Source: Chloropicon primus
Taxonomy: Eukaryota
Length of the DNA: 64,000 nucleotides
Direction of reading: 5' to 3'
NCBI GenBank assembly: GCA_023205875.1
Contig: CP060769.1
Location: 310,001-374,000 of the forward strand
Below are positions 1 through 11,688 of this stretch, in pieces. The notes below the pieces were generated by a model. That model saw only the letters and a list, made by a program, of their open reading frames with translations. It did not search any database and had not been told where the DNA came from. Every line of letters begins with the position of its first letter. The stretch's first letter is position 1. The position numbers were made by a program, and so were the translations under genes.

Positions 1-2
1 AG

Positions 3-1391
3 CACCTGCACGAGATCCTCGACAAGGGCTTCACCCTGTGCATGGACCAGCTGAAGATCGCCGACTTGAGGAGACTTTACACGCTCTGCGATCGGGTGGG
101 AAGTTTGGACTTGGTCAAGGAGTCTCTCTGCAACTACGTGAAGCAGAGAGCAGGGGAGTACGTCACGGACGACAAGAACAACTCACAGATGGTTCAGAAT
201 CTCATCAACCTGAAGGCGAACATCGACAAGGCCCTCCAGGAGTGTTTTGATAACAAAGAGAGCTTCCACGGCAGCCTCAAGGAAGCTTTCGAGTACAGTA
301 TTAACCTGAGGCAGAATAGGCCAGCCGAGCTCGTCGCGAAATACATCGATAGTAAGCTCAGGAGTGGCAACAAGGGCGGGGGGGATGAGGAGTTGGAGAA
401 CACTTTGGACGAGGTTCTCGTGATCTTCAGGTACATCTCGGGAAAGGATGTCTTCGAAGCATTTTATAAGAAGGACCTTGCCAAGAGGCTGCTTCTGGGA
501 AAGAGCTCTAGCATCGATGCTGAGAAGAGCACAATAGGGAAATTCAAGACTGAGTGTGGCAGCCAGTTCACCAACAAGTTAGAGGGCATGTTCAAAGACA
601 TAGACATCAGTAGGGACATCATGACTGGTTTCAAAAACAGCGCCCAGGTGCAAAGCAAGCTCAAGCATGGCCTCGAGCTGTACGTGAACGTGCTGACCAC
701 GGGGTACTGGCCCACGTATCCTCCGGTCGAGGCTAATTTGCCCTCGGAGCTTCGGGACTATCAAGACATCTTCAAGAAGTACTATTTAAGCAAACACTCT
801 GGCAGGAGGCTTGTTTGGCAGAACTCTCTAGGTCTGTGCGTCGTGAAGTGTAAATTTAACAAGGGCACAAAGGAGCTTGTGGTCTCCTTGTTCCAAACTG
901 TGGTGCTGATGTTGTACAACGACGAGGACAAATTGACGTACGACGACATCGAGAAGGCGACTGGGATAGAGGCAAAGGAGCTGAAGAGGACGCTCCAGAG
1001 CCTGTCCCTCGGTAAAGTCCGCGTTCTGCTCAAGGAACCGAAAACGAAGGAAGTGAACAGGGCGGATACCTTCACCTTCCACAAGGACTTCAAGGCTCCT
1101 CTTTACCGACTGCGGATCAACAACATTCAAATGAAGGAGTCTCAGGAGGAGAACCAGAACACCACAGAGCGGGTCTTCCAAGACAGGCAGTATCAGGTCG
1201 ATGCGGCCATTGTAAGGATAATGAAGTCCCGAAAAACGCTCAGCCACACCCTGCTGATCTCTGAGCTCTACAGCCAGCTGCGGTTCCCCATGAAGCCTTC
1301 TGATCTGAAGAAGCGGATAGAGTCCCTCATCGACAGGGAGTACTTGGAGCGGGACGACGAGAATGCTCAGATATACAATTACTTGGCTTAG
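3..1391 (+). CDS. CUL4: Cullin-4, C-terminal part (5'-partial, frame open from window edge)
   Basis: AELVAKYIDSKLRSGNKG, GKDVFEAFYKKDLAKRLLLGKSSSIDAEKS, cullin neddylation domain DRQYQVDAAIVRIMKSRK...IESLIDREYLERD, terminal YNYLA. Confidence 0.95.
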   Translation, partial: HLHEILDKGFTLCMDQLKIADLRRLYTLCDRVGSLDLVKESLCNYVKQRAGEYVTDDKNNSQMVQNLINLKANIDKALQECFDNKESFHGSLKEAFEYSINLRQNRPAELVAKYIDSKLRSGNKGGGDEELENTLDEVLVIFRYISGKDVFEAFYKKDLAKRLLLGKSSSIDAEKSTIGKFKTECGSQFTNKLEGMFKDIDISRDIMTGFKNSAQVQSKLKHGLELYVNVLTTGYWPTYPPVEANLPSELRDYQDIFKKYYLSKHSGRRLVWQNSLGLCVVKCKFNKGTKELVVSLFQTVVLMLYNDEDKLTYDDIEKATGIEAKELKRTLQSLSLGKVRVLLKEPKTKEVNRADTFTFHKDFKAPLYRLRINNIQMKESQEENQNTTERVFQDRQYQVDAAIVRIMKSRKTLSHTLLISELYSQLRFPMKPSDLKKRIESLIDREYLERDDENAQIYNYLA

Positions 1392-1440
1392 CGTTGTATT
1401 ATATTCTTTTATTTCCTTTTGCTCGTGTGGGAGCTACCAC

Positions 1441-3162
1441 TCAAGCCTTGCTGGGGAACCCCTCCTCCCCAATGGCCTCCATGCGCTCAAGCATCTGGTC
1501 CACGTCATCGAAAGTGACGTTGTCGGCGTTGGCGAACACAATCCGAAAGAAGTTAGGCTTGCCGTCCAGTGGTTGGAATCCAATGAGGGCATCCCCCGTC
1601 TGCTGCATCCTGTTCTTGATGTAGGGAGCGACTTTGGCGATCCTGTCCAGCGCATGTTTGTCCGCAGTGGAAAAATCGAATGGTCTCAGAGCCCGAGGCA
1701 CGTACCAGAATCCTACATTGGTGCACGACCGGGGGAAGGTCAGAGCAAACTTGCCCCCAGAACTTTCAATTCTCTCCTGAATGTGGTCAGCCAGAGCGTA
1801 CAGGTGGTCCACCCGCTTCTCGAGGCCTACGTCCCCGTACGCCTTCCACATGAGCCACAACTTGGCGGCATCCGCGCGCTAAATGATCGAAATCCACAAG
1901 AGTCAGTCCGGTGAAAAAAAATGAGCGATGAGCATCTCCCGCTATCAGTAACTTACCCGGCCGCATTGAATCGTTTTGTCGCCGACATCATACTCCGTGT
2001 AGAGCTTGTCGGGCTGAAAAAGATACTCAGCAGATGTACCGTTGCATTCGTGCAAAGTATCTTTGTGTCTGGTGAGGAAGATGGAGCACTGCATGGTGGC
2101 GCCCAGCATCTTGTGGGGATTCCACGCGTAAGAGTCCGTCCTGCTCGCCCCATGCATCGTGTGCCTCTGCCTTCTCGATAGCAGGGCCCCGCCCCCCCAA
2201 GCTGCATCAATGTGCATCCAGACCCCGTGCTCGGAGCACACATCGGCGATCTCGTCAAACTTGTCGTACCCACCCCTAACGGTCGTTCCCGCAGTGGCAC
2301 CGACGAAGAAGGGAACCTTTCCCTCCGCCTTGGACTTGAGGATGGCCTCTTCCAACTTTTCAGTGACCATCGCCCCCGTGTCACGGTCGGTGGGGATAGT
2401 GATCAAATTGTCTGTCCCCAAGCCCATCGTCATTGCCGATTTTTTGTACGAGTAGTGCGAGTGGTCCGAGGTGAAGGCGACCAGATTTGGTCCGCCGTTC
2501 ATACCCCTCGTCTTCCACTCCGGATCTGCCCTGTGCCTCGCGAGCAGCATCCCGTACAGATTCGCTATCGAGCCTCCAGGCACCAGAAGGCCATCGTATC
2601 CCCCCTCGAATCCGATGAGCCTGGCACAGCGGCGCAAGACCTCCGCCTCCATCACGGTGTACACCGGCGCAACTTCGTACGTGTGGACGTTAGTGTTCGT
2701 CGCAGCGATCATCCAATCCGCGAGAATCGAAAGGGGATCCCCGCGAGAGTACAACTGGTTGAAGAACAGTGGGTGGGCCGTGTTCACAGAATTTTCCAAG
2801 ACGCACTCGACGGCCGCGAGGAGCTCGTCCACGCCAGCCACCTCTTCCGTCCCCGTGATTTCCAGACCGCATCCCGTTGCACGAAATGCTTTCTTCAATT
2901 CACCCGGGCTCTTCAACCTGACCACGGGCTGGGACCCGACAGAAGCGCCTCTGACATACTCCAATAGCTTCCTCGCTCCCTGTTCCAAGACGTCCTCCGC
3001 CGTTCCTCCCTTTGGAGCAACGATTTGATTCTGGCTCCCGTTCGTGGTCGTGCTCGTGATTGGTCTTGCCACTCGGTCCTTGGATGCCGCCCCGACCCTG
3101 AGCAACCTCCCTCCTCGCCCACTCACCGCCTTCCACAGCGACCTGGCTGGCAACCGTGCCAT
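1441..3162 (-). CDS. Group II PLP-dependent decarboxylase (GAD/CSAD/GADL1-like); exons 3162-1957 and 1878-1441
   Basis: HPLFFNQLY, TYEVAPVY, PGGSIAN, HYSYKK, ATAGTT, HIDAAWGG, PLP lysine NPHK. GTAAGT...TTTAG intron 1956-1879 joins QCGR|RADAAKLW in frame. Arg-rich N-terminus resembles a transit peptide. Confidence 0.9.
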
Positions 3163-3267
3163 ACCTTCTCCTCCTTTGCACAAGCGGAACCTCGAGTCCC
3201 GCGTCAAACCAAGCAAGCAATGGAGATTAGATTCCGCCTGCCGATCCTCCTCTTCGCCCCTCTCTCG

Positions 3268-3855
3268 CTCTCGTCGCCAAATTCCTCGCTGATTGCGGTC
3301 CACTCCCTCACTTCCCTCGCTAGGAATCAATCTCCTTCACAAGGCGTCTCCTCGAGTCAATCCTTTGCCAATGCCGTCAACCAAGGTACTGATGGAAAGA
3401 TCGCGAGACCCAATATCGCGTGATACCCTTGTCACACGCTTCCTCGGTCTCTCTCGTCGCCAAATTCCTCGCTGATTGCGGTCCACTCCCTCACTTCCCT
3501 CGCTAGGAATCAATCTCCTTCACAAGGCGTCTCCTCGAGTCAATCCTTTGCCAATGCCGTCAACCAAGGTACCGATGGAAAGCTCGCGAGACCCAATATC
3601 GCGTGATACCCTTGTCACACGCTTCCTCGGTCTCTCTCGTCGCCAAATTCCTCGCTGATTGCGGTCCACTCCCTCACTTCCCTCGCTAGGAATCAATCTC
3701 CTTCACAAGGCGTCTCCTCGAGTCAATCCTTTGCCAATGCCGTCAACCAAGGTACCGATGGAAAGCTCGCGAGACCCAATATCGCGTGATACCCTTGTCA
3801 CACGCTTCCTCGGTCTCTCTCGTCGCCAAATTCCTCGCTGAATGCGGTCCACTCC
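3268..3855. repeat. Tandem array, 183-bp unit, about 3.2 near-identical copies
   Basis: Identical short ORFs start at 3293, 3476 and 3659 (period 183); unit contains CCAAGGTACCGATGGAAAGCTCGCGAGAC. Confidence 0.95.
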
Positions 3856-4413
3856 TCCCCCTCCAGGACGCCCTTGAGCTCCTCCTTCCTCCTCTCTCTG
3901 CAACATTTCCACCGGACGTTTCCATACGGAAATATGCTATATTTCCATTTTAGGGTTAGGCGGTCCTCTCCAGTTTCCAAGAGACCACGGACTATCAAGG
4001 GTGGAAAGAGGTGAGTTTGAAGGCGAGTGATGTGCGAGCAGGGGGTGTGAGGGAAAGAAAGGTGGAATCTTGCGGCAGACGACTTCTTCCTCTTTCCAAT
4101 GAACCGTCTCTTGAAAGAAATGGTTGAGTTTGAGGGTGCTTGAGGACTGACACAAGTTTGGTTTCGCTCCAAGGTTTGCTTGTGGCTAGACAAGGTCGAG
4201 GGCTTGGGTGCTACGGTGTGGGTGAGAGGGCAGGGAGAAGGGTGCTGGTCACTGGCCTGGATAACCTTATCACATCCAACAACGCAGACAAGGGAAAGGG
4301 GTGGACGAAGAGTCACCAGCATATTAACTGTTGATTGATTGATTGATTGATTGATTGTGTCTCTCTGTGTGCGTGCGTGTCAAAGAGAGTTTCCTTGAGC
4401 GGGGTTGGTCACG

Positions 4414-6438
4414 ATGGAGAGGCAAGAGAGAGAGTCCGAGCTCGGACTCGTGAAGAAAGTCTCGGGACCTGTGGTTGTCGCTGAGAGAATGTTCGGTGCT
4501 GCCATGTACGAGCTTGTTCGTGTGGGTTCAGACAAACTTATTGGTGAAATTATCCGTCTCGAGGGAGATACTGCTACGATACAGGTATGTTGTCGAGGAA
4601 GCCACGGAGTTGAAAGGTTTCACTGCCAGGTTTTCGATGTCAGAAAGCTAATTGGTTTTCTTTTGCCTTTCCTTTCCTTTCCTTTCCCCGCTCCCGTTCG
4701 TCGTCATCGGTCGTAGGTGTACGAGGAGACTGCTGGGTTGACCGTGGGGGATCCCGTGCTGAGGACTGGCGCGCCGCTGTCCGTGGAGCTCGGTCCAGGC
4801 CTCCTCGGAAACATCTTCGATGGTATTCAGAGGCCTCTGAAGGACATTGCGAGGCAGTCGGGCGATGTCTTCATCCCAAGGGGCGTAGCGGTCACCGCGC
4901 TGGACACGGTGAAGCAGTGGGAGTTCAACCCAACCGTCCAAGTTGGTGACAGAGTGACTGGTGGAGACATTTATGGCACGGTCCCAGAGAACACCCTGCT
5001 CGATCACAAGCTCATGCTTGCTCCTGGAGCAATGGGAAACGTCACGTACGTCGCGGAGAGGGGCAACTACACGGTGGAGGACGAGGTCATCGAAGTGGAG
5101 TTCAACGGCAAGAGGACCAAGTACAGCATGAAGCAGCTGTGGCCAGTGAGAACGCCAAGGCCTGTGGCCAAGAAGTACTTGGCGAACACGCCGCTGTTGA
5201 CCGGGCAGAGGGTTCTTGATGTTCTCTTCCCAGGCGTCTTGGGTGGTACCTGCGCGATCCCTGGTGCTTTCGGCTGCGGAAAGACGGTCATCTCCCAAGC
5301 CTTGAGTAAGTACAGTAACGCCAATGGTATCATTTACGTAGGATGCGGAGAGAGAGGCAACGAGATGGCCGAAGTCCTGGCAGAGTTCCCAACGCTGACG
5401 ATGACGACGCCCGAGGGCGTGGAGGAGTCCATCATGAAGCGAACGACGCTGGTGGCGAACACCAGTAACATGCCTGTAGCGGCTAGGGAGGCGTCCATCT
5501 ATACGGGGATCACGCTCGCGGAGTACTTCAGGGACATGGGCTACCACTTTGCTATGATGGGAGACTCCACTTCGAGGTGGGCAGAGGCTCTGAGAGAGAT
5601 ATCCGGTCGACTAGCGGAGATGCCTGCAGATAGTGGTTACCCTGCATATCTTGCCGCAAGGCTTGCTAGCTTTTACGAGAGGGCGGGGAGAGTCGAGTGC
5701 CTGGGGTCTCGGCCGCAGAGAGAGGGATCCGTCACGATTGTGGGAGCGGTCTCACCCCCCGGTGGTGACTTCAGTGACCCGGTGACGGCGGCCACCCTTG
5801 GTATCGTCCAAGTGTTCTGGGGCTTGGACAAGAAGCTCGCACAGAGGAAGCATTTCCCTTCGGTTAACTGGCTGATCTCTTATTCCAAGTACGACAAGGC
5901 GCTGGAGCCCTTTTACGACAACTTCGAGTACTGGCACTCGAAGGAGGGGTCGGGCTCCGCCGGGAGTATCGACAGAGGAGAGTCCCTGACGGAGTTGAGG
6001 AGGGAGGCGAGGAAGATCTTGCAGAAGGAAGACGAGCTGAACGAGATCGTCCAGCTTGTTGGAAAGGACTCTCTGGCTGAGGCCGATAAGGTGTGCCTGG
6101 AGACGGCGAGAATCATCAAGGACGATTTCCTCGCTCAGAACGCCTTCACGCCGTACGACAAGACTTGCCCCCTGTACAAGTCCGCGGGAATGCTGAGGAA
6201 CATCATCGCGTTCTACAACCTCGCGACTGCTGCGGTGGAGAGGACCACCGCCTCGAGGGGCGTCACGGGCGGGGACAAGATCACCTTCAACCAGATCAAG
6301 GCTCAGCTCGGCGACCTGATGTACAAGGTCAGTTCCCAAAAGTTCCAAGACCCGGCGGACGGGGAGGCCACGCTGAGAAAGTACTTCAGTGACCTGAACG
6401 AGGAGATCTCCGAGGCTTTTGCTCAGCTCACAGAGTAG
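4414..6438 (+). CDS. VHA-A: V-type H+-ATPase catalytic subunit A; exons 4414-4584 and 4717-6438
   Basis: [18 protein letters not shown] across GT..AG intron 4585-4716, P-loop [31 protein letters not shown]. Confidence 0.97.
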
Positions 6439-6599
6439 GCAGCAGGACCAGGCTCGACTTTGTAACATTCTTCAAACAAATGAAAAACCTTTTGACATAG
6501 TATTTAATATACGCGATGCACCGTGGTGTTGGACCATACCTAATCACACTCCTCACACTTCATCACACTCAGCTAAAAAGCCAGGGGGCCGAGGACCCC

Positions 6600-7184
<585 letters not shown>

Positions 7185-7596
7185 CTATAAGAACTGCTAC
7201 TTGATCTTCTTTTGTCAGCCGATCCTCCTGGCAAATGGAAGAGAGAGAGAGAGAGAGAGAATGGGAAGACAACGAGTAAGGAAGGAGTCAGTACATCATT
7301 TCTCTCTCTGTGTGTGTCTGTGTCTCGTCATCAACAACAACATTAACGTGAGACGGAGGGAGAGGTGGAGAGGTGGACAAGGCCAAGAAAGGCTTGGGAT
7401 CCCTGTGCGGCAAGGGGAAGACCAAAAGAAAAAACAAAAACCAAAAATGGTTTTCTTGCCTCCTTGGCCTTCCCCTTCCGTGCGAACGACGCGCGCGTGT
7501 TCTGCACACGCACTTCAGACGCCGCGAGACACGCCTTCTCCTTCCTCTTCCCCCCCCCCCCCGCCTCTCTCTCTCTCTCTGCGACAAACAAACACA

Positions 7597-7613
7597 AGAG
7601 AGAGAGAGAGAGG

Positions 7614-7656
<43 letters not shown>
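7597..7656. repeat. (GA)n microsatellite; similar tracts at 13704, 31730, 36543 and 53410
   Basis: Direct reading of sequence. Confidence 0.9.
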
Positions 7657-7659
<3 letters not shown>

Positions 7660-8242
7660 GCGTCCCTCTGCATGCATTCAGGAAAGGGGAATCCTCACCC
7701 ACTGTCTCTATCTCTCTCCCCGAAACCGAACGCAAGCTCTCGACACGCCACAGGTCCTCCGTCCCTCTCTCCCTCCCTCCCACACCTCGTCGTCACACAA
7801 ACACACTCCATTGAAAACACACACACACACACCAAAAAAAAAAAAAAAACCCGCTCTCGCCAAAGCCAAACCGCAAGGTCACAGCCGTTACGATCCCTCA
7901 TGAAATGTAACACCTTGGTGTTCGTCTTCGTGTTCGTGTTCGTCTTCGTCTTCGTTGTTGTTGTTTGTTTCTTACCTCGTACCGTAATGGTGCGCGCCGA
8001 TCGATCGTGGTGGCAGGTTCTCCGCTCGTCTTCTTTCTAGGGTTTGATTTTTCCTCCCTCGCGCGTCGTGGATCCTCGAAGAAGGGTTTACTACACCGAG
8101 CCGTCAGTTTTGGGTTCCGTTGTCTCCGAAGAGAACACGAGCGCGGAGTTGTAGGGAGAGATCTACACACGAGTGTAAAGAAAAAAGAACACCGCGATCA
8201 CGACCTGGAGGCCATCCCACGCCGGAGAGGACAGAGGACCAC

Positions 8243-9380
8243 GACACGAGGAAGAGGGACGTGTTTGTGGAGGAAGGGGACGAGGGCGGGGGCGAGGAAA
8301 GGGAGACCAAGTCACACGGATCGATAGTAGAGATCGAAATCTTTCGATCGATACCTCGGTGGAAGATTTTGACCACGGATCAGACCAACTGAGGAGGCAT
8401 CGAGGCACGGAGGCACAGAGTAAGAGGGACGTGTTTGTGGAGGAAGGGGACGAGGGCGGGGGCGAGGAAAGGGAGACCAAGTCACACGGATCGATAGTAG
8501 AGATCGAGATCTTTCGATCGATACCTCGGTGGAAGATTTTGACCACGGATCAGACCAACTGAGGAGGCATCGAGGCACGGAGGCACAGAGGAAGAGGGAC
8601 GTGTTTGTGGAGGAAGGGGACGAGGGCGGTGGCGAGGAAAGGGAGACCAAGTCACACGGATCGATAGTAGAGATCGAAATCTTTCGATCGATACCTCGGT
8701 GGAAGATTTTGACCACGGATCAGACCAACTGAGGAGGCATCGAGGCACGGAGGCACAGAGGAAGAGGGACGTGTTTGTGGAGGAAGGGGACGAGGGCGGT
8801 GGCGAGGAAAGGGAGACCAAGTCACACGGATCGATAGTAGAGATCGAGATCTTTCGATCGATACCTCGGTGGAAGATTTGACCACGGATCAGACCAACTG
8901 AGGAGGCATCGAGGCACGGAGGCACAGAGGAAGAGGGACGTGTTTGTGGAGGAAGGGGACGAGGGCGGTGGCGAGGAAAGGGAGACCAAGTCACACGGAT
9001 CGATAGTAGAGATCGAGATCTTTCGATCGATACCTCGGTGGAAGATTTTGACCACGGATCAGACCAACTGAGGAGGCATCGAGGCACGGAGGCACAGAGG
9101 AAGAGGGACGTGTTTGTGGAGGAAGGGGACGAGGGCGGGGGCGAGGAAAGGGAGACCAAGTCACACGGATCGATAGTAGAGATTGAGATCTTTCGATCGA
9201 TACCTCGGTGGAAGATTTCGACCAGAGGAGACCACAGATCAAGGCATCGAGGCATCGAGGCACCGAGGACAGAGGAAGAGGGTCGTCGTGTTTGTGGAGG
9301 AAGGGGGCGAGGACGGTGGCGAGGGAGTCCGACGGATCGATAGTAGATAGATCGGGAGCTTTCGATCGACGCCTCGGTGG
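8243..9380. repeat. Tandem array, 170-bp unit, about 6 near-identical copies plus one degenerate copy
   Basis: GAGGGACGTGTTTGTGGAGG at 8254, 8424, 8594, 8764, 8933, 9103 and degenerate near 9277; unit contains GATCTTTCGATCGATACCTCGG. Confidence 0.95.
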
Positions 9381-9693
9381 AACGTTCGGATCGTTCGGAT
9401 CAGGCAAAGCATTTGCTGGTTCAATCCGGAGAGAGAGAGAGAGAGACAGAGGGGCCTTGTTTGGTGACTGACCAGGCGGACGACTCCGGTGGGGAAGGAC
9501 TTTACCTTTGATCCGTGCCACGGCTTGAAGATCTTTCGAGCCTCATTGCCCCGATGAGGGTGCGGCGTCACCATCGTCACCGTCACATCACTCCTCAGTA
9601 GGAGTTTGTTTGCTCCTTCCTTCCAGAGCAGCTAACGCGCACAATCCACCCGCAGCACACATACGCCGCATCATACAGACAACCACCACCACC

Positions 9694-10734
9694 ATGTACA
9701 GCAACGACAGCCGCAGCAACGCGGCGACGTCAACGACGACGTGCCTGGATGCCCACCTGGTGGCTTGTCCTCCAAAGTTGAGGCGGGCCCTCGTCGATGC
9801 CGGCTTCAACAACGTGCACGACGTGTGCCACCTGTCCGCGATGGACCTCGCCAGGGAGCTGGGGACGACGCCAGAGGAGGCCCAGCAGGTGATAGACTTG
9901 GCGAAGACCAAGGCGGTCGGGGCGTACCTGGGGAACTCCGTGACCTTTCGCACGGCCCTGGAGCTGTTCGAGAACCCGTGCGAGAGGATCCCCCTGGGGA
10001 TCCCTCGGCTGGACGCGGCCCTGGGCGGAGGCATAAGCGCCGGCCAGGTGACCGAGATCTGCGGCCCGCCGGGGGCGGGGAAGACCCAGATCAGCATGCT
10101 CCTGTCCGTGACCGCGATAGCCGGAGGGGGCAGCACCAGGGACTCCGCCGCCGGCCGCGCCTCGTGCTCGGACCGGGGGGTCCTGTACATCGACACGGAG
10201 GGAAGCTTCGTGCCGGAGAGGGTGGAGGAGATCGCCAGGGGGGTGCTGGGCTCCGAGGCGGCCACGAGGCAGCTTCTGAGCCAGATCCAGTACGTCAGGG
10301 TCCACAGCCAGGTGGAGCAGCTGGCCCTCGTGAGCGACCTGGCGAGCCACCTCGAGAGGAATAGGAACATCAAGCTCGTGGTCCTCGACTCGGTCGCGTT
10401 CCACATGAGGTCCGGGGCGACATCGACCTCGGGGGACAAGCTCGACTTCAGCAAGAGGCAGCACTCCCTGGCCAACATGTTCCACCTGCTGACGAAGCTC
10501 GCGGTGGAGAACAAGTGCTGCGTCTGGGTGACGAACCACATCACGGTGAGGAAGGCCGAGGGGGGGGACGGTGCCAAGGTCGTGCCGGCGCTGGGCGATC
10601 TGTGGGCCCACGTGCCGGCGGAGAGGTTCTTCGTTTGGAACACGGACGACTTCCGAGGCCTCCTCCTGCACAAATCCCCCTCCAGCCCCCAGGTGCTCGT
10701 CGACTTGAACCGGGAGACGGGCCTCTTCGCGTAG
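9694..10734 (+). CDS. RAD51C: RAD51 paralog, RAD51C-like
   Basis: LDAALGGG, Walker A GPPGAGKT, LYIDTEGSF.PER, Walker B LVVLDSVAFH, TNH, PALGDLWAH. Confidence 0.8.
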   Translation: MYSNDSRSNAATSTTTCLDAHLVACPPKLRRALVDAGFNNVHDVCHLSAMDLARELGTTPEEAQQVIDLAKTKAVGAYLGNSVTFRTALELFENPCERIPLGIPRLDAALGGGISAGQVTEICGPPGAGKTQISMLLSVTAIAGGGSTRDSAAGRASCSDRGVLYIDTEGSFVPERVEEIARGVLGSEAATRQLLSQIQYVRVHSQVEQLALVSDLASHLERNRNIKLVVLDSVAFHMRSGATSTSGDKLDFSKRQHSLANMFHLLTKLAVENKCCVWVTNHITVRKAEGGDGAKVVPALGDLWAHVPAERFFVWNTDDFRGLLLHKSPSSPQVLVDLNRETGLFA

Positions 10735-10908
10735 ATCAGGCGCAAAAGCGTAAGCGGTGAAAAAGACAAACTACATTACAACATTACAACTCACTCCCTG
10801 GGCGAAGCGCAACAAAAAGAAGTAGAAGATCCCTCTTCTTCTATCTTTTCTTGCTCGGCTTGTTGTGCTTTTTTTCTTGGTTGTTGCGGGTTCGGTCGGA
10901 AGCCCCGC

Positions 10909-11688
10909 TCAATCGTCGCGGCTCTTCCAGGCCGCGATGGCGGCGACTCCCGCGACGAGGACGACGAGAGCCATCTTTCCAAAGGCCATTCCCGACCTTC
11001 CTGAGAAAAACGCGGCCGGCACGCGGGCGCACCCAACGAGCATCTCCTTCTCTCTCTCCGTGTACTTGTTCCTTGGCAGCTTGATCACCTGGAAGGCTTT
11101 GAGGGATGTGAGATCCACGCCCTCGTTGAGGGCCTCGACCTCAGTCATCTTGATTCCACGCTTTTCAATGATGTCCTCGATAGATTCGCCCTTCCTTACC
11201 GGGTAGGCACGGTACTTGCCTCTCCCCTTCACTCCGTCGAGGATCTCTCTGTCCCTCTCGGAGAGCTTGCTGGACGGGAGCAGGATGGTCTGCCCCTCCT
11301 CGATGACATCCTTCTTCAGCCCGTGGTTCACCGAAAGAATGTCGTCAATCTTCACGTCTGCGCGCACGAGTGAGGGCCCGCGTACATCGCGATCAACAAC
11401 GGCAACGACAACGACAACGACAACGAGAGAGAGAGAGAGAGAGAGTTTCCGTGGTGGTTAGCGTTGTACACCCACGCCAGAGGGCGAAACGAGGCGTTGC
11501 GTTGGCGGATGCCGCTCACCTCTCTTTTGGGAGATTTTGAAGATGGTGTCCCCCTTTCTGACCGTGTACGGCCTCACGAGCATGGCCCTCGTGGTCAGCC
11601 TCGCGGAGCGAGCGCTCGTGCGTGCGACGGAAACCCTTGGCCTTGGCCCCGAGCACAAGCTCGTCGATGCGTTCTTCGTCACGTTCAT
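10909..11688 (-). CDS. LysM-domain protein (two LysM repeats, plastid-type transit peptide, C-terminal TM); exons 11688-11520 and 11357-10909
   Basis: YTVRKGDTIFKISQKR|DVKIDDILSVNHGL..IEEGQTILLP and YPVRKGESIEDI..LNEG..QVIKLP; GTGAGC..CAG intron 11519-11358 keeps frame; hydrophobic tail ALVVLVAGVAAIAAW. Confidence 0.85.

Noticed and set aside
3948..3960. Telomere-like TTTAGGGTTAGG (also CCTAAACCTAAA near 33759)
   Set aside because: Only about two units; too short to call an interstitial telomere and at most telo-box-like
4717..6438. Intein in V-ATPase A (as in yeast VMA1)
   Set aside because: [11 protein letters not shown] is contiguous, so there is no insertion at the VMA intein site
8243..9380. 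CRISPR-like array, or coding repeat ORFs
   Set aside because: Units are identical along their whole length with no unique spacers, there are no cas genes and the context is eukaryotic; the ORFs are by-products of the repeat
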